DNA of 64,000 nucleotides from Desulfovibrio sp. (GTDB lineage Bacteria; Desulfobacterota; Desulfovibrionia; Desulfovibrionales; Desulfovibrionaceae): NCBI GenBank assembly GCA_017528345.1, contig JAFXOX010000068.1, positions 2,097 to 66,096 of the forward strand, read 5' to 3'. Shown piece by piece: positions 30,328 to 39,167 of this stretch (position 1 is its first letter; each line of letters starts with the position of its first letter). The notes under the pieces were generated by a model. It saw only the letters and a program-made list of their open reading frames with translations, ran no database searches and was not told where the DNA came from. The position numbers and the translations under genes were made by a program.

Positions 30328-31326
30328 TTAGTGTACGCCAAAGCCGTCGCCATGCACCTTAACCTTGGGCAGGAACTGGCGCAAACGCGTACGAAGATAA
30401 AGATTTTCCAGGAAAAATGACATCTGTTCCACGGCAAGACGCACAAAACTACGCAGGCTCTCGTCGAAGTGCCGACCTTCACGCTGGGCAAGACAGAGAA
30501 TGGCACGCGTTCCCTTATCCACAGCTATGGGCAGACACATGACGGCCTTAAAATCCACCACATCAGGCATCTTCCCAAAAATCACAGGACAAGGTCCATC
30601 GTCCAGGCCCTCAACAAAGAGCGACTGATCATTTTTAAAGACCCATCCGGCTACGCCCGAATGCATGGACAGGCTCAAGGGCAGGTTGTCCGTCAAAAGC
30701 ATGGGGCTTGTTTCAGCCTCCACAGTATAGGTCTCTCCGGGGTTTTCAAGAGAAGCAAATGCCGCATACTCAAAACCAGTGGCCGAAACCACGGTCTGCA
30801 AGAACTGCCGCAGATATTCTCCCCAGCGCTTGTAGCGAAAAGGAAGGTCTTGCAGGACGGCAAGATCGGCAAAATAACGGGGAATATCGGCAAGAAAATC
30901 CTGCTGTCCGCTTTTCACTCGCAACCGGGCAATAAGCTCAGCAAAAAGCTGCAGTATTTTATTATCTTTTTCCGAGAAGGCATACTGTCTTTTGCTATCG
31001 AGACAAAGAACACCACCACAGGAGAGCGGGCAGCCCATAAAGGCTTTGATCGTCTCTTCTTCACGGTCAAGGTAGTAGCCAAGATTGCTTTGATAGTGAT
31101 CAAAATTAGGAATGCAAAGCACTTCGTGATTTCTGACTATCCAGCCAACGAGCCCCTGACCGGGTACAATATGCGCATTGAGATCAACCTTGCCACCCAG
31201 GCTGTAGTGTGCAGCCAGAGTGCAGGTTTCACTGTCTTCCTCGGGCAGGAAAAGGACAGAGGAATAGGCATCAAAAACACTGCAGACGATACTCAGGATA
31301 TGTTCTTCAATGGAATTTGCGTTCAT
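30328..31326 (-). CDS. Tandem GAF-domain protein
   Basis: Two GAF-like repeats (GQGLVGWIV..., SGVAGWVF...); no output domain seen. Confidence 0.8.
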   Translation of the reverse strand: MNANSIEEHILSIVCSVFDAYSSVLFLPEEDSETCTLAAHYSLGGKVDLNAHIVPGQGLVGWIVRNHEVLCIPNFDHYQSNLGYYLDREEETIKAFMGCPLSCGGVLCLDSKRQYAFSEKDNKILQLFAELIARLRVKSGQQDFLADIPRYFADLAVLQDLPFRYKRWGEYLRQFLQTVVSATGFEYAAFASLENPGETYTVEAETSPMLLTDNLPLSLSMHSGVAGWVFKNDQSLFVEGLDDGPCPVIFGKMPDVVDFKAVMCLPIAVDKGTRAILCLAQREGRHFDESLRSFVRLAVEQMSFFLENLYLRTRLRQFLPKVKVHGDGFGVH

Positions 31327-31727
31327 CAGATATTCGGCCTGTTGACCCAGCTGAGAGAAAAGGGAGAGACCGGGCACTCTTTCGTAATTTGCAAATGCGC
31401 CATACGGCGTCAGCCAGAGTGAAAAACGAAGGGAAAAAACGACGCAAAAGAGGGAGTTGCGGCAGGAAACAGGACAAAGAACCGTCCCTGCGCGACAAGA
31501 GGCAAGAAAAAGGCACAGACCTTATTTCTGCATTCACTGATCAAAAAGGAAAAAAAGACGGTGTGCTCAATCAGGCAGGAATGCGCTCCAACTCCTCTCT
31601 TTTTTGCGAGGAGAGTATGGAGCAAGAAAAGCAAAAAGGCAAGAAAATATCCTCTTTTCGACAGGACTGCAGCATTTACCTTTTTCAGGTGAATCACAAA
31701 GTCGTGGCGTAGACTTTGGTCAACCAC

Positions 31728-32047
31728 TTGACATCCTCCCCCGCCTAAAGTCGGGGGATTCCTAGCGGAGGCAGACTGACGTCAGCAACCCTAGGTGGGT
31801 TCCTGCGAAAACTGGACTGCCCAGAGGAATTAGCTTGGTTTTTGCTGTCAAATTCCCTCAGTGGGGAATTTTACGGCTGCGAACCAACCACCTATTCCCG
31901 AAAGGCTCTCACTATCTCTCCACTGGCTGACACGGCATGCCCTGCCGCCAAGAAGTAGTTTGAAGCAGGAAAGGCAAAAGGGCAAGAAAATTCTAGTGGT
32001 GCGCCTTATATCCTCCCCCTAAAGGGAGAGGTTTTACGGCGCATTGG
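31728..32047 (-). mobile_element. Non-autonomous IS200/IS605 mini-element, copy 1 (320 bp)
   Basis: On the minus strand it follows TTTAT, has left- and right-end hairpins and ends GAGGATGTCAA. It carries the tnpB C-terminal remnant LAAGHAVSASGEIVRAFRE* and is about 90% identical by eye to 56089-56409. Confidence 0.88.
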
Positions 32048-32201
32048 ATAAAAGATGCATGCTCAGCGTCTTCCATACGTCTTTGTGCCTTCCTTCGCCA
32101 AAAAAGTATCACATCACAGATTCAGGAGGCTGACAGGACACTGTTTTGTTGATATTTGGCGGTCCTCGCTCTGAAAAATCGAAGCGGGACCGCCTTCAGG
32201 T

Positions 32202-32621
32202 TCAAAACCCCAACCAACCGAAGCCCTTGGCCATCACCAGGAGCAGAGCAACTCCAACACCAACAGGCCATCTCAGAAAGCGCAGCTCAAGCGTTTTGAT
32301 TTCTCGCTGTATGGGCTCATAGGCCTTTTGCAGGCGTCCTTCAAGGGCTTTGAGGTCGGCAAAACCCTGTGTCATGCAGCTTTTGAGTTCACTGCGCACT
32401 GCGGCAATATCCGACATGACCTCATTGCGCACATCAGCATTGCCGTTTTTCAGTTCATTGCGGACACCGACGATATCTGCCTTCAAGGCTGCCTTCACAT
32501 CTGTAATTTCACGACTGGAAGCGAGTTTGACCTCACGCTGATTCAGCAAATCCACAAGCGCATCAAACTGCTCCTTGGTAAAGGCCTCTTCCAGTTTTTT
32601 TACCGAGTCAAAAAAGAGCAT
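32202..32621 (-). CDS. DUF1640/CCDC90-like coiled-coil protein with C-terminal TM helix
   Basis: LEEAFTKEQ N-terminus, heptad coil, C-terminal hydrophobic helix; AAGGGGG RBS. Confidence 0.65.
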   Translation of the reverse strand: MLFFDSVKKLEEAFTKEQFDALVDLLNQREVKLASSREITDVKAALKADIVGVRNELKNGNADVRNEVMSDIAAVRSELKSCMTQGFADLKALEGRLQKAYEPIQREIKTLELRFLRWPVGVGVALLLVMAKGFGWLGF

Positions 32622-32690
32622 GGTCCGTTCCCCCTTTGCATAGGCATTTGTACACACTTTGTGGCCGCTTGAAAGCCGTTGCTCAGCTCT

Positions 32691-32715
32691 GGGGTGCCGA
32701 CTCAGCCGGCACCCC
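32691..32715 (-). terminator. Hairpin just downstream of the large surface-protein gene
   Basis: GGGGTGCCG-actcagc-CGGCACCCC; no clear U-tract. Confidence 0.45.
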
Positions 32716-32742
32716 TCCTGCTGCAGCCTTCGGTCTTAAGGC

Positions 32743-35700
32743 CTAATAAAAGCTCTCAGCCGTCAGGTTCGCATCATCAAGGACCGCGACAAGCTGCACT
32801 TCGCTCTGACTGACGGTATTTTGCACGTCTGTCTGTGTATTACTGAATGTCAAAACCACAGCAGCGTCTGCCACATTCACAGCCAACAGCACCTTTTCAG
32901 AGTCACTGACGGCATTGTCCAAACCATTCATTGAGCCCAGAGCCTCTATTGAACAAGCTATGAGATTATCAACTTTTGTATGATCATTGATAAAATTATC
33001 AACAGCTTTTGAAAGATCTTGATCGCTTGAATTAATCACATAAACCAAGGCATCTTCGTCTTTTTCAACAGCTGATGCTAAGCTGTCAGCGGAAGATATA
33101 GATGAGTTATCAATAGTTAAATTTTCACCATTTTTTAAAGAATTAATATATATAAACTTATCATAAATATTAGAATCAACAGTTTTACTTACAAAATTAT
33201 GTATAATATCTGCGTCACTAGTCTTTGAAACATTTGATTTAACTATATCTGAACCGTTTCCAAGAGTAAATGTATTATGGCCATTACTACCAATAAATGT
33301 GTCTCCATTATCACCAGCAACAATATTCATTAACATAGATACATATTCAGATATTTTTATATAATTGTGTTTTGCACTACTATTCTCTTCTTCGGCAGCC
33401 AAGACCAATGATCCCTTATTATTAGCAGAAAATTCTATTAAAAAACTTTTACTCGAATCGCCAACAGAGGATGAAAGAAAAACAGCGTCTTTATCACTAT
33501 CTATATTTATAGTTTTTACATGGCTTAAAATATCTTTACTAAGAGTTATTTTTTGTATTTCATTATCGTCATCTGACTTATTCATATCTCCAAGAGATAT
33601 AGTTCCTAAAGTTGCCATTTTAGCATTGTTAAATTTTAGTTCAGTACCATTACCTTCTAGAATAAATTTTGCACCTGAATCTGTGACAACTGATCCATTA
33701 TACTCTGAAAAATTAAATACTTTATCTTTAAAAATTACTTCTTTCGAATAAGCATTTTTTTCATTCATTATATGCATTTCAGCATCCGATACAGACGATT
33801 TAATATTTGTAAAACTAGATAATTGTGAGTCTAACAAATTTAATTTTGTAACTGAAGTATCTAGCGACTTTGTCGAAGAAGTATCTAGTCCAGTTATATC
33901 TGAATAAAGAGATTTATGCATATAAAGGTTTGAAACTCCCAATTTATCTAACTTTCCAGAAAGCTTTGTTTCGCCAACGTAAGATTGAATTGAAAGTGTA
34001 TCTGCGTCTGATAATGAAATTTTACCATTGATGACTTTGAATTCATCATTAAAAGTAAATGTCCCTGATATTATATCAGGATGGTTAGCTGAATATTCAA
34101 GATCTCCGAAAACATCAAACGTATCGGGATCTCCTTCTTTTGCTTCTCCAATACTTCTTATATCCTGTAAAACTATATTGTCTTCTTTATTTTTTGTTAA
34201 AAATATTGAAGTAGAATTTGGCACATTATCACCATATTTTATTGTTAAAGGATTAATACCTGAGCCTAAACCTACACTTGATTTTCCAGAAATAACTATA
34301 TTCGAATCTGATAGATAATTGTTATCTAGATTAATTGTATTTACTGAATTTTCTACATATTTATTATCTACTTCAATAATACCATCCGATCTCATTTTAA
34401 TATTTACTGTATCATCCGAACTTAAAGTACCACCTTGATAAACAACATTACCATTTGAGACAACCCAATCTTCACTAACTTCAGTACTATCTATATTAGT
34501 TTCAAATGTAATATTTTCATTTTTTATGGAAACATGATTTCCTTCAGCATTTTTTCCTTCAACTTTAAAGTCATAATTATCTACATTTTGTCCAGATTTT
34601 TCATCATCAGTTCTCGTATAAAGTATATCAATGTCTACCGTTTTAGAACTAGTTCCCGAAAACTCTAGAGTTTGTTGAGTAAAAGAAAATTTATCGCTAC
34701 TATTAGCTATAGGTTTTATGACAATATTTACACCCTTAACTTCGACTTCAAATGTAAATTTTTCTTTGCCTTCACTAAGCGTCACCTCACTAACATCTCG
34801 CCCTAATCCTGAAATATTTAGGGTAAATGAATCAACTGTATCATCTACACCACCCATTGTATTGACTGCAAAATCTCCAACTTTTACCAAGCCAACAGAC
34901 AAATTACTTAAAGGAAGCTCAGCTGATCCACTTGTATTATTTCTTGTTTCAAGAGTAAGTGTTTCTGTAGAAATCGTAAATTTTTGATTATTTATATCAG
35001 TACCTTCCAGGGAAAATGTATATTTATCATCTGATAGACATTTTGATTCTGATTCGCTTCTGTCATATTTGATGAACGCTGTTACTGTTTCACCTTTTTC
35101 ACCAATAATCTCTTGAGATTGTAGACTAAATTTTCCTGAATATTGAGAATCTGGTGTAAGTGTGACGGTTGGGCCTTCAACAGCAACAGCAAATGTCAAT
35201 GAATCATCCCCGTCTGAAATCGTTATCTTCTTAGCATCCTTCCCAAGTCCTGTAAGGGCAAACGTAAATGATTTGGCACTATCTGGCAGCGCTGAGACTT
35301 TTGTCGAAGCATCACATGTGGTGTCATCAACGGCAAAAAGCGAAAAGGCAAGACTTGAGCTTGCGAGTTCATCCATTGCGGTACCCAGAGAAAGGGTCGT
35401 ATCGCCTTGCACAGAGATCGCTTTGCCCGAGATATCTTTGGCAGTCACAACGAATTGGTGGCTGTCAGCTGCACTTCCATCTCGTTCACTGTCACTGCGA
35501 GTGTAGATGACATGGGCCGAAACCGTTCCGTCTTTCTTTCCCTGCACAGCTGTCGCTTCAAGGGAAAACTTTTCTGAGCCCCCGGCAAGAGGCGTCAATG
35601 TCACAGCTGTTCCCTGATGCTGCACGGCAAAGCTGAATACTTCCTGGCCATTGCTCAGAGAAAGCATTCCGACATCTTTGCCTATCCCTGAGATCGCAAA

Positions 35701-38592
35701 GCTGAAGGTCTTAGCACTATCGTCAATGGCACTTATATCCGTATTCTGCCCGAGCTCTGCCTCATTGATCTTCTCTAGCGAAAGCGAGATAGCACTTGTT
35801 CCAAGCAGATCATCAGACTCTTCACCCTTGGCCGTTGCAAGCTCAAGATAACTGTGTTCCAGGGCAAGATCGCCCTGTGAAGCATTCTTTCCACTCACCT
35901 CAAATTTGTAGCTGTCAGAAGCGGTATCTGCGGCATCGTCTGCACGTGTAAACAGCACATCACAGGCAACGGTTCCATCCTTTGCAGCTGTGGCATTTTG
36001 AGTTTGCAGCGTGAAGCAGACACTGTTTCCTTCCTGTTCAGTCAAATGCACGCTTGTTCCCTGCACACTCACCAAAAACGTAGCTTTTTTATCTCCCAAA
36101 GCGATAGTCACACTCCGAGCATCCTGACCAATGCCCTCAATGCGCAGCGTCAACGATTCAGCGCCATCATCCAGACTCGACGGATTCATGCTGCTATCAA
36201 ATGTTTTGTCCCCGACCTGAACAACTGACAATTGCAGCTTGCTCATACCAAGCGCAGGATTGACATCGGAAGTCGATGTATTCCCGGAGTTTCCGCCCTG
36301 CCCGGTATTCTGCGAGGTATTTCCTGAGCCATGCTCAGGGTTTGAGTCCGTTTCAGTCGTTGTCCCGCTGTTATCCTTTACCGTGCCCTGTGACGAACCG
36401 TTACTTGACGTTTGAGAGCTTGTCTCACTGCCATTCTGCGTCCCGTTGCCTGATTCATGTTCATTGATGGTTTCCGTCTTCGTTGTTTTGCCGCTGGCAT
36501 CTTTTTCGGTTACCGTGCCCTGCGTCCTGGTTGTTCCGTCGCTTGACGTTGTCGAGCTTGTCTGCGTGATGGTCTGAGAACCATCAGACTTGGTTTCCGT
36601 ATGCCTTGTTTCAACAACCGTATTTCCCTGGCTGTCAGAAAAGACTTTCTGAATATCTTCTGATGACGTCGTTGTGTCTTCTCCATCCGATGTCCGCGTA
36701 ATAACACTGATATTGGTCGTCGTCGTTTTTGAACCGTCACTGGCGACAATCTCTTGCGAAGAAGTGGTTTCCGTAATGACCTTGCCAGAATCAACTTCGC
36801 TGCGCGTTCGGACTATATTCTCGTGCAGGACACCCTCTGCGTCACGGAACAAGGTGTCGCTCACCTCAATATTGGCAATGACCTTGCCGTTGCCGTCCAT
36901 TTCCTTGCCATGCGAGGAAATGGACCAAGCGCCATCACTATCCCTGCTTTCAACGCTTACGGAGGAGCTTCGAGCCGTTGCCTGCCCAAGGCTATTCCAC
37001 GTAGTGCTCTCAATCTTTGTCGTCACGGAGCCATCAGCAGCCGCACTGACATGTTCCTCACTTGTCGTGCGACCGGTCAGCACACCTTGTTCGTCATAGC
37101 TTGTAGCGGTCGTCGTTGTACTATGCTCTGAACCATTTTCCGTACTTTGCAAAGCTATCACGACCTTGCTCTCGTCCTTGGCCGTAATCGTTGTTTGCTT
37201 CGTAATGGTTTTTGCCCCGGAAGCCTGGCTTATCACTGTTGCTTGTGAGGTGATGACTGAGCCATCCATCAGTTTGCCTGAAAGATTGATCGTAGAAGAG
37301 CGGCCACTTTCAATGATTTTTTCTGTGAGAACATTGCCTGCCACATCACTGACACTGGCCACAGTCACTGTATTGCCGTCATCATCAACGGTGACGACCT
37401 TGATCGTCGAGGCATCGGAAGCAACCTTGCCGTCAAGCCCCACAGCCTTTGTGATCTTTGAGCCATTAGCAGCTGTACTTGTGACTCCGAACTGGGCAAC
37501 TTTCACCTCCTGTCCCTGGGCATCGTTAACCGTAATCACCACAAGTTCCACAGGCAGAGCATTGCTGTCTTGGATACCCTGAGCAGGAATGGCCACATAC
37601 TCCACATCCTGTGGCGTAGCCACAGGCTCTTCGGGACTTATGACTGCAGGAGAAATGCTTGTGCTGGCCAAACCTCCCATATCTGCCGGTTTACCCACCG
37701 CAATGCCATGATTGACATCCTTTGGGGCTAGCGTACTCGCATTATAGTTAGACGGCACATTGGTCCCGGTAACGTCACGCAGCGCGTCGTTGGCAACTCG
37801 ATCAAGGACAGGTACGGTCTGCACCATGGCAATTCCCGAAGCATTGGCCTCATCTGCACCATATCTTTCGTAATGCGAAACTGGCGTCATGCCGGCTTTG
37901 ATGATGACTTCCATGACATCCTGAGCTGTCTTCCCTTCCCAGCTTTCAGGATCGGTAGCCATAAGCTGAGCAAGCTTGGCAGCTACATAGGCATTGGCAT
38001 CAAAGGCATTGCTTGGATTGATAAACTTGCCGTCCTGATCAACCTCTTTGCAGCCGTAGCGCAGGTAATGCTCTTCGGCACTGAGGCCTGCCTTTATAAA
38101 GGCCTGGGCCACATCATCCACACTCTTGCCAGCCCATTCCACGCGCTCTGCAACATTGGCGCTATGTTGCAGCTGGTAAAGCTTTGCCCTAAGATATTCT
38201 ACGGTATTGAAATAAGGATTTGCGGACGTTCCCTCCTGAACACTATATTGCTGATAGTGTTGCTCAGCAGTCAAACCGGCCTTGTGAATAGCCTGAAGCA
38301 ATGTTTCCTGCGTGTAGGCCTGTCCGTTGCTGTCTTTACTATTCTGCAACTGCAACTGTGCAAGTTTAGAATTGAGATAATAATTTAGATCAAATTTTAT
38401 ATGCGAATAGGCTGAAGTTCCTTCTTTGTCAGCATATTTTTGATAATGTTCTTGAAGTGTATATCCAGCATCTTCAATAGCACTAGCAACGCTTTCATAT
38501 GTATAATCATCACCATTCTTATCTTTTATGGCTTTATCCAGTAACTGATCAAGCTTTGATTTAATATATATTTTATTATTAAATTTTCTCAT
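32743..38592 (-). CDS. 1949-aa S-layer/adhesin-like surface protein, probably type I secreted
   Basis: AAGGAG RBS and no Sec signal. Four N-terminal helical repeats (Y..KL.QL...AG.T...HY..Y), a Ser/Thr-rich region and four ~140-aa beta-rich repeats. Degenerate RTX-like GDTFIG/GNGSDIV motifs and a C-terminus resembling T1SS signals. Confidence 0.75.
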   Translation of the reverse strand: MRKFNNKIYIKSKLDQLLDKAIKDKNGDDYTYESVASAIEDAGYTLQEHYQKYADKEGTSAYSHIKFDLNYYLNSKLAQLQLQNSKDSNGQAYTQETLLQAIHKAGLTAEQHYQQYSVQEGTSANPYFNTVEYLRAKLYQLQHSANVAERVEWAGKSVDDVAQAFIKAGLSAEEHYLRYGCKEVDQDGKFINPSNAFDANAYVAAKLAQLMATDPESWEGKTAQDVMEVIIKAGMTPVSHYERYGADEANASGIAMVQTVPVLDRVANDALRDVTGTNVPSNYNASTLAPKDVNHGIAVGKPADMGGLASTSISPAVISPEEPVATPQDVEYVAIPAQGIQDSNALPVELVVITVNDAQGQEVKVAQFGVTSTAANGSKITKAVGLDGKVASDASTIKVVTVDDDGNTVTVASVSDVAGNVLTEKIIESGRSSTINLSGKLMDGSVITSQATVISQASGAKTITKQTTITAKDESKVVIALQSTENGSEHSTTTTATSYDEQGVLTGRTTSEEHVSAAADGSVTTKIESTTWNSLGQATARSSSVSVESRDSDGAWSISSHGKEMDGNGKVIANIEVSDTLFRDAEGVLHENIVRTRSEVDSGKVITETTSSQEIVASDGSKTTTTNISVITRTSDGEDTTTSSEDIQKVFSDSQGNTVVETRHTETKSDGSQTITQTSSTTSSDGTTRTQGTVTEKDASGKTTKTETINEHESGNGTQNGSETSSQTSSNGSSQGTVKDNSGTTTETDSNPEHGSGNTSQNTGQGGNSGNTSTSDVNPALGMSKLQLSVVQVGDKTFDSSMNPSSLDDGAESLTLRIEGIGQDARSVTIALGDKKATFLVSVQGTSVHLTEQEGNSVCFTLQTQNATAAKDGTVACDVLFTRADDAADTASDSYKFEVSGKNASQGDLALEHSYLELATAKGEESDDLLGTSAISLSLEKINEAELGQNTDISAIDDSAKTFSFAISGIGKDVGMLSLSNGQEVFSFAVQHQGTAVTLTPLAGGSEKFSLEATAVQGKKDGTVSAHVIYTRSDSERDGSAADSHQFVVTAKDISGKAISVQGDTTLSLGTAMDELASSSLAFSLFAVDDTTCDASTKVSALPDSAKSFTFALTGLGKDAKKITISDGDDSLTFAVAVEGPTVTLTPDSQYSGKFSLQSQEIIGEKGETVTAFIKYDRSESESKCLSDDKYTFSLEGTDINNQKFTISTETLTLETRNNTSGSAELPLSNLSVGLVKVGDFAVNTMGGVDDTVDSFTLNISGLGRDVSEVTLSEGKEKFTFEVEVKGVNIVIKPIANSSDKFSFTQQTLEFSGTSSKTVDIDILYTRTDDEKSGQNVDNYDFKVEGKNAEGNHVSIKNENITFETNIDSTEVSEDWVVSNGNVVYQGGTLSSDDTVNIKMRSDGIIEVDNKYVENSVNTINLDNNYLSDSNIVISGKSSVGLGSGINPLTIKYGDNVPNSTSIFLTKNKEDNIVLQDIRSIGEAKEGDPDTFDVFGDLEYSANHPDIISGTFTFNDEFKVINGKISLSDADTLSIQSYVGETKLSGKLDKLGVSNLYMHKSLYSDITGLDTSSTKSLDTSVTKLNLLDSQLSSFTNIKSSVSDAEMHIMNEKNAYSKEVIFKDKVFNFSEYNGSVVTDSGAKFILEGNGTELKFNNAKMATLGTISLGDMNKSDDDNEIQKITLSKDILSHVKTINIDSDKDAVFLSSSVGDSSKSFLIEFSANNKGSLVLAAEEENSSAKHNYIKISEYVSMLMNIVAGDNGDTFIGSNGHNTFTLGNGSDIVKSNVSKTSDADIIHNFVSKTVDSNIYDKFIYINSLKNGENLTIDNSSISSADSLASAVEKDEDALVYVINSSDQDLSKAVDNFINDHTKVDNLIACSIEALGSMNGLDNAVSDSEKVLLAVNVADAAVVLTFSNTQTDVQNTVSQSEVQLVAVLDDANLTAESFY

Positions 38593-38724
38593 TTTCTCTC
38601 CTTTAATTATAAAGTCAAAAGTAAGATTTAATGTAATCTAACGCTAAAAACTATAGGCAAATTACTAGAAAAATGACAATAATATATACGTGAACATGAT
38701 TATTAAAAAGTCATGACACTGAGA

Positions 38725-38748
38725 TTCTTATCTTATAAAAGATAAGAA
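38725..38748. promoter_or_regulatory. Perfect 10-bp inverted repeat (operator-like) about 135 bp upstream of the surface-protein gene
   Basis: TTCTTATCTT-ataa-AAGATAAGAA. Confidence 0.45.
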
Positions 38749-38782
38749 AACTATAGAAAAAAAGCAAGCGATATTGTTTTGA

Positions 38783-39088
38783 CTACTCTTTTACCTTCTG
38801 CTTTTTCTGATTTGCCAAGTCGGATTTTCGCATTCCCCGACGACAAATAGCTGAATGAAAATCACGAAACATCAGCAGCAGGAAATCCAGTTTCCGGCTG
38901 TCCAGATTCAAAAGACTTTGCATATCTGCCCTCCAGCGAGAGAGATCAAGTGTATTGCCGGCACGTTTGGCGGCAATCATGTATTTCAGACAATCTGCAA
39001 AGCTGGTGCTGTTTTTCAGCACCTCCCCCTTGGTCACAATGTGCATAGACTCTCCATGTGTTGCTCTGTTGGCGTCGAAGTCCGGCAT
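38783..39088 (-). CDS. Small hypothetical ORF or gene fragment
   Basis: 101-aa ORF between the pseudo-resolvase and the surface-protein gene; no motif recognised. Confidence 0.3.
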   Translation of the reverse strand: MPDFDANRATHGESMHIVTKGEVLKNSTSFADCLKYMIAAKRAGNTLDLSRWRADMQSLLNLDSRKLDFLLLMFRDFHSAICRRGMRKSDLANQKKQKVKE

Positions 39089-39167
39089 TTTGCCGCGACA
39101 TTGAGACCACTCAGCATCATCTCAACTATTTAAAAAATGAAAAACGATATGGGCAGACCACAACGCC

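Noticed and set aside
31209-31727. Overlapping K/R-rich (+) and F/L-rich (-) ORFs
   Set aside because: These reflect purine-skewed intergenic sequence, with no motifs and no convincing RBS.
36250-37300. RHS/YD toxin core in the surface protein
   Set aside because: Only scattered D..G turns in Ser/Thr-rich sequence; no YDxxGRL repeats or DPxG-type RHS core end.
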